Shown piece by piece: positions 16,454 through 26,176 of a DNA stretch of 32,000 bases (within the stretch, counting starts at the first letter, position 1; every line of letters begins with the position of its first letter). The stretch is from Mucisphaera calidilacus (GTDB lineage Bacteria; Planctomycetota; Phycisphaerae; Phycisphaerales; Phycisphaeraceae): assembly GCF_007748075.1 (NCBI RefSeq), contig NZ_CP036280.1:1380001-1412000 (forward strand), in the 5' to 3' direction. The notes beneath the pieces are model-generated. The model was given only the letters and a program-made list of their open reading frames with translations. It was not told the origin of the DNA and made no database searches. A program made the translations under genes and the position numbers.

Positions 16454-18928
16454 ATGCCCCAACGCCCCATGTTCACACACCGATGGACCGCCATCATCAT
16501 CGCGTCGGTCATTCTGGCCCTCATACCGGTCGTCGCTCGCGCGCAGGTTGTCGAGACATCAGCCCAGTCGCAGGACCAACAATTCAAGCAGATCCTGGCC
16601 GATCGCATCGTTCTCTACGCGCTCCAGTACCTCAAGGGGGACGGCGAAGTCGCGCCATATCAATACGCCATGACCGAGGTTCTCTTCGACGAGGCGCTGT
16701 CGCTCGCGCCCGATGACCTCGCGACCTGGCATCTCTACGCCGACCTCGCCACGGGCATGGGCGATGCGCAGAAGCGTGAAAGAGCACTGCGGCAGATCAT
16801 CCGGCTGGATCCCGAGGACGAGACCGCCAAGCTTGACCTGATCTTTCTGCTCCTCGACCGGATCCAGACGCTCGACGAGCGACTCCAGCGCGTCCAGACG
16901 CTCATCAGCAACGGCGCCCGGCGTGGGCTCTCCGATGCGCTCCGCTCAAGACTCGCGGTCTACGCCGCCGCCGCGGCACGCGAGCTCGACGACACCCGTC
17001 AGTTCCGCGATTGGCTCAAGCTAGCCGTCAAACTCGATCCCGCCAACGACTCCGCCCTCCGGATGGTTCTTGATTACGCCATCGAACGCGACGTTTCAGA
17101 CATCACCCGCGCCGACGTAACGATGCAGCTTATCGCTGCAGCACCCATCGACCGCGGTGCCAGGCTCGAACTGGGCCATCTCATGCTTCAGCATGGCTGC
17201 TACAACCAGGCCGCTCAACAGATTCTGCACGGCACACGTCTCGGGCTCGAGCGTGTCCCGACCGAGGTCTCCGGCACGCTCGTTGTCTGCTATCTCGGCG
17301 CGGGCCAACTCGATGCCGCCAACCAGTATCTCGAACTGATGCGCACACGCGATTTCGCGGGTGAACCCGACGAGGAGGGCAGGCCCACCCCGGGACCGCT
17401 TCCTCTCCAGTTCCAGGTTCTCCAACTCCTGACCCTGCTCCACGCCGAGGAGCCGCTGCGGTCCGAAGCCTTTAACGAAGTTGCCGAGCAACTCGCGGCC
17501 TCCGACGAGCCCCGCGCCCCCCGGGCGCTCGGGCGACTCGTCGCGCTCTTCAATCCGCCCGCCTACGACCTCATCGCACTCGCCGACCGACTCGATTCCA
17601 CCGACCCCAAAGTGGCCGAGCTCCTGCGTGCACGCCACGACCTGAACAATCAGCAGATCCAGTCGGCCATGGATCGTCTGCTGCTGATCGCACCCGACGA
17701 GCCGGCCGCACGACTGCTTCAGGCTCAGCTGCCGGGCGTGAGTTCAAAACGCGTCAGGCAACTGCTCTCACGCGCCGTCGCCGACAAGGCCGAAGACCTC
17801 GCAGCGCTCGCCGCAGGCATCGAGCACCACCACCAGTTCGGCGAATCCGTCGCACCCACCGAGGACGGGCAGCGCATGATCGACATGATGCGCCGCTACC
17901 CGGGGCAGCTCTGGAAACTCATCGACAACTTCCGCGCATGGACCGACGTCGACCTGTATATCGCGCAGAACGGACGCTTCGAATTCCTCGATCCGATGAA
18001 CGCCTTGCTCGAGGTCGCCAACATCTCATCGACACCCATCACGCTCGGCGGCTCGGGCGGCGCGATCAGCGACATCACGCTCATCAACACCGTACCCTCT
18101 TATCTCGGACGCCCCTTCGCCTACATCAAGCCCATCATCGTCAGCATCGACCGCAAGCTCACGCTCGAGCCCGGGGCACGCGTCTCTGTTCCCATCAATC
18201 TCAGCCACTACATGGTCGCCGGCATCTCCGCCGACAACCCCTTCACCACGCTCTCCATCGACTTCAGCGCTATCCTTGACCCCAGGCCCACCCCGTGGGG
18301 AGCCGTCGGTGCCGGCCCGCTAGGCTCCACGGTCAATGTGCGTGGCGTCGTCATACGGGCCATCCCGCCTACCCCCGAGCGACTCGATGAGTGGATCGGG
18401 CAACTGGGCAACGTCGAAACGACCGAGCAGCTTGTCGCCGCCGTGCGTGTCATGGGTGTCGCGACCCACGGCCTCAGGCTCCGACTTGACGAGAACACGA
18501 TCGGCCGTGCTGCGGGCGAGTTCATTCAGGCGTATCTGCGAGCCTCGCCCGAGGCTCAGTCCTATCTGATGCTCGTGATGTCCCCGGAAACGGATATCAA
18601 CCACACGCTCAAGCCCGTGCTAGAGGACGCCGCCACATCCGAGGATGACATGGTCCGTATGGCCTATCTGCTCAGGCACGCCAACACGCTCAACGACCCT
18701 GCTCTAGCTGGAGCCATCGAGAGCGACCAACCCAGTCTTCGGCAGTTCGCTGTTGCCTATCAGGAGTATCTCCGACTCATACAGACGCTCATGGAGCAGG
18801 CCGGTCAGCAGCAGCAGGGGGATGCTCCCAGAAGCGGCTACATCGGGCTGCCCACCGCCGAAGAAATCCTGCGCGCCCCCGACGAGGACGACCCTTTTGC
18901 CACGCCGGACGAGTCTGACAACCAGTGA
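16454..18928 (+). CDS. Large secreted TPR-like repeat protein of unknown function
   Basis: 824 aa. Signal-peptide-like N-terminus: RWTAIIIASVILALIPVVARAQV. It has helical-repeat stretches (ALSLAPDDLATWHLYADLATGMGDAQKRERALRQIIRLDPEDETAKLDL...) and an acidic C-terminal tail (PDEDDPFATPDESDNQ). GGGAG lies upstream of the ATG. Confidence 0.8.
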   Translation: MPQRPMFTHRWTAIIIASVILALIPVVARAQVVETSAQSQDQQFKQILADRIVLYALQYLKGDGEVAPYQYAMTEVLFDEALSLAPDDLATWHLYADLATGMGDAQKRERALRQIIRLDPEDETAKLDLIFLLLDRIQTLDERLQRVQTLISNGARRGLSDALRSRLAVYAAAAARELDDTRQFRDWLKLAVKLDPANDSALRMVLDYAIERDVSDITRADVTMQLIAAAPIDRGARLELGHLMLQHGCYNQAAQQILHGTRLGLERVPTEVSGTLVVCYLGAGQLDAANQYLELMRTRDFAGEPDEEGRPTPGPLPLQFQVLQLLTLLHAEEPLRSEAFNEVAEQLAASDEPRAPRALGRLVALFNPPAYDLIALADRLDSTDPKVAELLRARHDLNNQQIQSAMDRLLLIAPDEPAARLLQAQLPGVSSKRVRQLLSRAVADKAEDLAALAAGIEHHHQFGESVAPTEDGQRMIDMMRRYPGQLWKLIDNFRAWTDVDLYIAQNGRFEFLDPMNALLEVANISSTPITLGGSGGAISDITLINTVPSYLGRPFAYIKPIIVSIDRKLTLEPGARVSVPINLSHYMVAGISADNPFTTLSIDFSAILDPRPTPWGAVGAGPLGSTVNVRGVVIRAIPPTPERLDEWIGQLGNVETTEQLVAAVRVMGVATHGLRLRLDENTIGRAAGEFIQAYLRASPEAQSYLMLVMSPETDINHTLKPVLEDAATSEDDMVRMAYLLRHANTLNDPALAGAIESDQPSLRQFAVAYQEYLRLIQTLMEQAGQQQQGDAPRSGYIGLPTAEEILRAPDEDDPFATPDESDNQ

Positions 18929-19598
18929 CTGGCTGATCCTGATCGATATCGACGGCACCCTGATGACAACCGCCGGCATCGGGCCCGTTCTCATGAAGCG
19001 TGCCGCTGATCAGGCCCTCGACGCAAACCTTAGCTTCGAGCGTGTTGATTTTTCCGGCAACCTCGACCCGTTGATCGTTGCCGAAGCCGCACGGCACGCC
19101 GACCACCCCTGGGACGAGCAGCAGCACGGACGTTTTCGTGCCGCCTATGCCGACACCGTCCGCGACTGGCTGCGCACCACGCCGCCAACGCTGCTCCCCG
19201 GCGCCCACAATCTCGTCAACCAGCTCGCCGAGGCATCCATCCCTCGTGGCCTCCTGACCGGTAACTACCCCGAAACCGCGCAGCTCAAGATCGACGCCAG
19301 CGGGCTCGACTTCAACACGTTCACCGCCTCCGCCTTCGGTTCCGACGGGCCTGATCGGCCTGCGCTGGTCCGCAAGGCACGCCAGCGACACACACATGAC
19401 GTTCCCGACGCCAACGTGGTGGTCATCGGCGACACGCCCCGCGACGTCCACTGTGCCCGCGCCAACAACTGCACCGCTCTGGCTGTGACCACCGGGCGAT
19501 TCTCGCACGAGGATCTGGCCGATGCTGGAGCGGATCACGTCATGGACAGCCTGGACGAGGCGATCGTCATTCTCGCCGACCTGGGTGCCCCGCTCTGA
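18897..19598 (+). CDS. HAD-superfamily hydrolase (phosphoglycolate-phosphatase-like)
   Basis: HAD motif I is LILIDIDGTL and motif IV is VVVIGDTPRDVHCA. The start is uncertain. I favour TTG at 18897, with GAGGA 8 nt upstream. The track ATG at 18753 adds about 50 residues of R/S/P-rich sequence overlapping the TPR gene. ATG at 18822 is another option. Confidence 0.7.
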   Translation: MPRRTSLTTSDWLILIDIDGTLMTTAGIGPVLMKRAADQALDANLSFERVDFSGNLDPLIVAEAARHADHPWDEQQHGRFRAAYADTVRDWLRTTPPTLLPGAHNLVNQLAEASIPRGLLTGNYPETAQLKIDASGLDFNTFTASAFGSDGPDRPALVRKARQRHTHDVPDANVVVIGDTPRDVHCARANNCTALAVTTGRFSHEDLADAGADHVMDSLDEAIVILADLGAPL

Positions 19599-19604
19599 TC
19601 AGAT

Positions 19605-21182
19605 TTACTCTGCCTCGGCTCGCAGCGTCATGGGGATGGGCTCGGCATCGATCGTCGCCAGCCGACCGCCGTCCGACGCGCCCGTCATGATGCCCCCGCC
19701 GAACAGGCCGAAGACAACGGCCAGCACCGCCGCAAAACACGCAGCCCCCACAGCGACCGGGCCATACGAGACCCCCGCGGAAGGCCGCTCCGAGGTCTGG
19801 AGCATCACAGCACTCGCAAGCCGAAGGTAGTAGCCGGCGGATATCGCCGAGTTCACGAGCAGAACCACAATCAGTGTGACGTAGCCGGCACTCAGGGCCG
19901 ACGTCATGATGTGAAGCTTGCCAACGAAACCAACCAGCGGCGGCAACCCCAGCAGTGACAAGGAACCGATCGCCAACGAAGCCGCCAGCCATGGATTCGA
20001 CGCACGCAGTCCCTTCAGGTCGTCGTAGCTGTGCCCCGCCTCCGGCTCGTCACGCAGCGCAGCCATCGCCGCGAAGCAAGCCACCGTCCCCGCCGCATAC
20101 GCGGGCAGATAAAAGAGCAACGCAGCCAGACCACTCGAAGCACCGGAGGTATCCGGCCCCACCACGAGAGGGACCAGCAGGTAGCCCGAGTGTGCGACCG
20201 ACGAATAGGCCAGCATCCGCTTCACGTTGCTCTGAATCGCCGCCAGCAGATTGCCCGCCGTCATCGTGAGCACCGCCATCGAGGCCACCAGGAATCCGAT
20301 GATCTCGCCCGCGTCCACGCCCATCGGGTTCTTATCGAGAGGCCATCCGATCAGGCCCAGCAGCAGGATCAGCGCTCCGAAACCGGCGGCTTTCGGGATG
20401 ACCGCGAGGAAGGCCGAAACTGGGGTAGATGCGCCCTGGTAGACGTCCGCCGCGTAAAAGTGCATCGGGAAAGCAGCCAGCTTGAAGCCAACGCCGAGTA
20501 TGGCCAGCACGAAGCCCGTGACAAGCAGCGGAGAGAACGTAGCCGTCGCGGCGACCTCTGCCGAGATGGCTGCACGGATCACAGCCAGCTCGGTTGATCC
20601 CGTGGCCCCGTAGATAAGAGCAAAGCCGTACAGGAAGATCGCCGCAGCAAAGGCACCAAGAAAGAAGTATTTGACCCCAGCCTCCTGAGCGGCGTCGTCA
20701 CGCCGCCCCGTTGCCACCATCACGTAGGTCGGCAGCGACGTCAGTTCCAGCGCCAGGAAAAGCCATACCAGATCGTCGGCACCCGCCGTCAGCATCGCGC
20801 CGCACACCGAAAGGAGCATGAACGCGAAGAACTCACCCCGCGAACTTCGCTCCGGTTGGAAGTCCGATCCGTCCTCGGCCGATTGAACCTGGAGCAGTCG
20901 TCCAGGCACACCCGCCGCCACCAGCACGAGCACAAAGCCGGTCACCGGGAAGAAAACTCGCAGGAAGTCTGCCGCTGCCCCCAGACCGACGCCGTTACTT
21001 GTTGGCACCAGTCCGGATCCAGCCAGCACCCCCGCGGCCAGCAGGAACAGAGCCGCGACGCCCGCGGTCAGCTCACGCGTTGAACGTGTTTTTGCCAGAC
21101 CAAAACCAAGACAGACCACGGCACCGATCAGCAGCAGCAGTTCGGGCCAGAGGCTCTGGAGTTTGTCGATCAGCGAATCCAT
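19605..21182 (-). CDS. nuoN: NADH-quinone oxidoreductase subunit N
   Basis: 525-aa polytopic antiporter-like subunit: WPELLLLIGAVVCLGFGL...LELTSLPTYVMV...KYFFLGAFAAAIFLYG...KLAAFPMHFYAADVYQGASTP. It is the last gene of a nuoJKLMN run. Confidence 0.92.
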   Translation of the reverse strand: MDSLIDKLQSLWPELLLLIGAVVCLGFGLAKTRSTRELTAGVAALFLLAAGVLAGSGLVPTSNGVGLGAAADFLRVFFPVTGFVLVLVAAGVPGRLLQVQSAEDGSDFQPERSSRGEFFAFMLLSVCGAMLTAGADDLVWLFLALELTSLPTYVMVATGRRDDAAQEAGVKYFFLGAFAAAIFLYGFALIYGATGSTELAVIRAAISAEVAATATFSPLLVTGFVLAILGVGFKLAAFPMHFYAADVYQGASTPVSAFLAVIPKAAGFGALILLLGLIGWPLDKNPMGVDAGEIIGFLVASMAVLTMTAGNLLAAIQSNVKRMLAYSSVAHSGYLLVPLVVGPDTSGASSGLAALLFYLPAYAAGTVACFAAMAALRDEPEAGHSYDDLKGLRASNPWLAASLAIGSLSLLGLPPLVGFVGKLHIMTSALSAGYVTLIVVLLVNSAISAGYYLRLASAVMLQTSERPSAGVSYGPVAVGAACFAAVLAVVFGLFGGGIMTGASDGGRLATIDAEPIPMTLRAEAE

Positions 21183-21188
21183 CAGACC

Positions 21189-22850
21189 TCACTCACTCGC
21201 TTCCAGCACCAGGCGTTCTGTGACCAACACGTCCGTCGATGAACTCGTGTCCGAGGCAGAACGCACGCCATCCCCCTGATGGGTGTGCAGATGCTGCTGA
21301 GCCCGTGCCGTCATTTCCGATACCGCGGGACTCAGTGTCGAGAGCATCGGGTAGGGAAACAAACCGAAGACCAGGCAGAACAACGCGAGCGGAGCCAGCG
21401 ACGCAACCTCGCGTCGGCTCAGATCACGAACGTCATCCACACTCGAGGCGCCGCTGTTTGGATAAGACACCGCCTTCAACGGCCCGAACGCAAAACTCGC
21501 AGCAAGCCGCAGCAGGTACAACGCCCCGATCACCAGACCCAGACCTGCCAGCAAAGCGTAGACGGGACCCAGAACATCACGCGACAGGAACGTGCCCATC
21601 AGCGTCAGCAGCTCGCCCACGAAGCCGTTCAGCCCCGGCAGGCCCACGCTGGCCATCACGAAAAACACGAAGAAGAACGCCCAGGCCGGCATCACCTTCG
21701 CCACACCCGAGACCTCACCGAGTTCGCGCGTCCGGAATCGGTCATACAGGATGCCCACGCACAGCAGCAGGCCCCCCACGGCAACGCCGTGATTCACGAG
21801 ATACGCCGCAGCACCCACCGAACCGATGTTCTTGGCGTCCAGCGCGAACAGCCCCAGCACCACAAACCCCATGTGCGAGACCGACGAGTAACCGATCAGG
21901 CTCTTGGCGTCAGGCTGCACCCAGGCAATCAGACCCGCGTACAGGATCGCGATCACGCCAAGCACACCCAGCAGGGGCGCGTACTCTACCACCGCCAGCG
22001 GAAGCATCGGCAGCACGATCCGAAGGATGCCATACGGCCCAAGCTTCAAAACCAGAGCCGCGAGGTCGACAGCGCCGTCTGCAGAGGAACCCTGATGCGC
22101 CGTGGGCAGCCAGTTGTGCAGCGGGAACAGCGGCGTTTTCACGCCAAAGCCCAGCATCAGCGCCAGGAACACCCACCCCTGCTCCGAAGCTGACATCTGC
22201 GGCGCCGTCGCCAGCAGATCATCGATTCGGAAGCTCCAGAAACCCGCCAACGAGGCGTGATGAACCGCGATGTAGGCGAGCCCCGCGGCGGTGAACAGCG
22301 CACTCACAAAGCCGTAGACGAACACCGTCGTTGCGGCACGCGACCTTCCCACGTGACCGAATCGACCGATCAGCACGTACGTCGGCAGCAGTGTCAACTC
22401 AAAGAACGCATAGAACAAAATCACATCCCGCGCCATCAAGGCACCGAGCATCGACGCCAGCAGGACATGCAGCCAGCAGAAGAACGCTCCACGCTCCTCG
22501 GCATTCTGGCCTCGCCCGTCCGACGCCAGGGCCGCCACCGGCATGATCAATGCCGTGACCAGCATCATCCACAGCGACAGCGCGTCGACGCCCAGAGCGA
22601 ACGACAGCCCGAGTTGCGGCATCCAGACCGCTTCGATCACCATCTGCACGCCACCGGCACGCCAGTCGTAAGCCAGCATGGCGACGATCACCAGCCCGAG
22701 GGTGAGCAGTCCGCCAACAAAACCCGCCGACCACGTTGCCTGCGTCGTCGGCAGCAGCCCACGCAGACGCACCAGCAAAGCCGTCACCAGCGGTACGGCG
22801 AGCAGTGCGGGCATCAGCCAGGCGTTGAATGTCGTGTCCATCAGTTCCAT
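21189..22850 (-). CDS. nuoM: NADH-quinone oxidoreductase subunit M
   Basis: 553 aa. FFELTLLPTYVLIGRFG..., GFGVKTPLFPLHNWLPTAH and SLIGYSSVSHMGFVVLG are typical NuoM/ND4 motifs. The start codon directly abuts the nuoL stop (TAAATG). Confidence 0.93.
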   Translation of the reverse strand: MELMDTTFNAWLMPALLAVPLVTALLVRLRGLLPTTQATWSAGFVGGLLTLGLVIVAMLAYDWRAGGVQMVIEAVWMPQLGLSFALGVDALSLWMMLVTALIMPVAALASDGRGQNAEERGAFFCWLHVLLASMLGALMARDVILFYAFFELTLLPTYVLIGRFGHVGRSRAATTVFVYGFVSALFTAAGLAYIAVHHASLAGFWSFRIDDLLATAPQMSASEQGWVFLALMLGFGVKTPLFPLHNWLPTAHQGSSADGAVDLAALVLKLGPYGILRIVLPMLPLAVVEYAPLLGVLGVIAILYAGLIAWVQPDAKSLIGYSSVSHMGFVVLGLFALDAKNIGSVGAAAYLVNHGVAVGGLLLCVGILYDRFRTRELGEVSGVAKVMPAWAFFFVFFVMASVGLPGLNGFVGELLTLMGTFLSRDVLGPVYALLAGLGLVIGALYLLRLAASFAFGPLKAVSYPNSGASSVDDVRDLSRREVASLAPLALFCLVFGLFPYPMLSTLSPAVSEMTARAQQHLHTHQGDGVRSASDTSSSTDVLVTERLVLEASE

Positions 22851-24890
<2,040 letters not shown>

Positions 24891-24899
24891 CGTTGCCCA

Positions 24900-25220
24900 T
24901 CATCCCTTCAAGGCCGCCCAGGCCTGAACATCCAACGTCCGCCGACGGCGGAACAGCAGAACCACCAACGCCAACGCCAACGCGGCTTCCGCCGCCGCGA
25001 TCGTGATGACAAAAATCACGAACGACTGCCCCACCTCGTGCAGGTGATGACGCGAAAACGCCGCCAGCGTCACCACGACGCCCTGGAACATCATCTCCGT
25101 GCACAGGAAGAGCACGATCATGTTGCGACGCGTCAGGAACCCGACCATCCCCAGCACGAACAGAACCCCGCCGATCGCGAGGTAATGACTCAAGGCAAGG
25201 GTGCTCAGGGAAACGTCCAA
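24900..25220 (-). CDS. nuoK: NADH-quinone oxidoreductase subunit K
   Basis: 106 aa. YLAIGGVLFVLGMVGFLTRRNMIVLFLCTEMMFQGVVVTLAAF...AAAEAALALALVV is typical NuoK/ND4L. It has an apparent TTG start with AAGGA about 10 nt upstream. Confidence 0.9.
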   Translation of the reverse strand: MDVSLSTLALSHYLAIGGVLFVLGMVGFLTRRNMIVLFLCTEMMFQGVVVTLAAFSRHHLHEVGQSFVIFVITIAAAEAALALALVVLLFRRRRTLDVQAWAALKG

Positions 25221-25235
25221 ACGTCCAGTCCTTAA

Positions 25236-26066
25236 TCAAGCCTCGGAGACCGATGAACGGCTCGCCTCATCATCGGGAACCTCGGTCCTCGCAATCACCA
25301 CCGCACCGACCAGCGATACCAGCAGGATCACGCCAGCCAACTCGATCGCTAGGGGATGCGACCGGAACAGATCCAGCCCCACCGCCTCCAGGTTTGTCAT
25401 CGTCCGGTCTGCTCGCTTCCGCTCCACCACCGCCTCGGGCAGACGCTCGTCCTGCGTCATCACCAGTGGCGACGCCTCCAGTGAACCCGTCACCGCCGCG
25501 GCCGGCAGACGGCCCGCGTCGAAGCTGAAACTCAGCAGGGTTGACAACAGCACAAAGCCCGCCAGCACCGCGAACAGAGGCTCACGAGCCCGACGGTCGT
25601 ACATCGGCGAAGCATCTTCCGATTCAGCCTCCGACGACTGCGACGCCAGCATCAGCACGAACATGTAGGTCACGAGGATCGCGCCGCCATAGACGATGAT
25701 CAACGCGAACGCCACAAACTCCGCCGAGAGTGTCAGCAGCAGCCCCGCGCTGGCCAGAATCACCATGATGAACCACAACGCGGCACGAACCGGCTGCGTG
25801 TGGGTGATCACACGCACCGCCGAAGCGATCGCGATAAACCCGAAAACGTAGTGGTAATAGAACGCCCACGGCGCCATCCCCAGCACCTCAGGCAGACGCG
25901 AGCCCAGGACCGTCCAAAGCAACGCCACGAACCCCAGACCCAGGAGGACGCCAACACCACGCAACGCGGCGGCGCGCTGCGGCATCATGAGGTAGAGACC
26001 GATCGCCCCCGTCAGGGTCGCAGCGAAGAGGCCGATGTTGTACAGGTTCTCCATCATCGAGCCCAT
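25236..26066 (-). CDS. nuoJ: NADH-quinone oxidoreductase subunit J (extended, 276 aa)
   Basis: It has NuoJ/ND6-like TM helices (AALWFIMVILASAGLLLTLSAEFVAFALIIVYGGAILVTYMFVLML) and a terminal GVILLVSLVGAVVIA helix, and sits directly upstream of nuoK. A hydrophilic/extra-helix insertion of about 80 aa precedes the last TM helix. Three nearby in-frame ATGs (26066, 26057, 26054) make the exact start uncertain. Confidence 0.85.
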   Translation of the reverse strand: MGSMMENLYNIGLFAATLTGAIGLYLMMPQRAAALRGVGVLLGLGFVALLWTVLGSRLPEVLGMAPWAFYYHYVFGFIAIASAVRVITHTQPVRAALWFIMVILASAGLLLTLSAEFVAFALIIVYGGAILVTYMFVLMLASQSSEAESEDASPMYDRRAREPLFAVLAGFVLLSTLLSFSFDAGRLPAAAVTGSLEASPLVMTQDERLPEAVVERKRADRTMTNLEAVGLDLFRSHPLAIELAGVILLVSLVGAVVIARTEVPDDEASRSSVSEA

Positions 26067-26176
26067 CGGGTTCGAAGCTCAGGACCGACGCAACGACGTC
26101 GTCGCACCGCCCAAGGCAGGGCATGGCAGAATAGACACGGCCCGCCACCCATGCAACATCAGGCATACAGAGACAC

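Noticed and set aside
18808-18820. Short CAG repeat (encodes QQQQ) and other trinucleotide runs (for example atcatcatc near 11600)
   Set aside because: They are too short to be meaningful repeats. They lie within coding regions and are consistent with codon usage.
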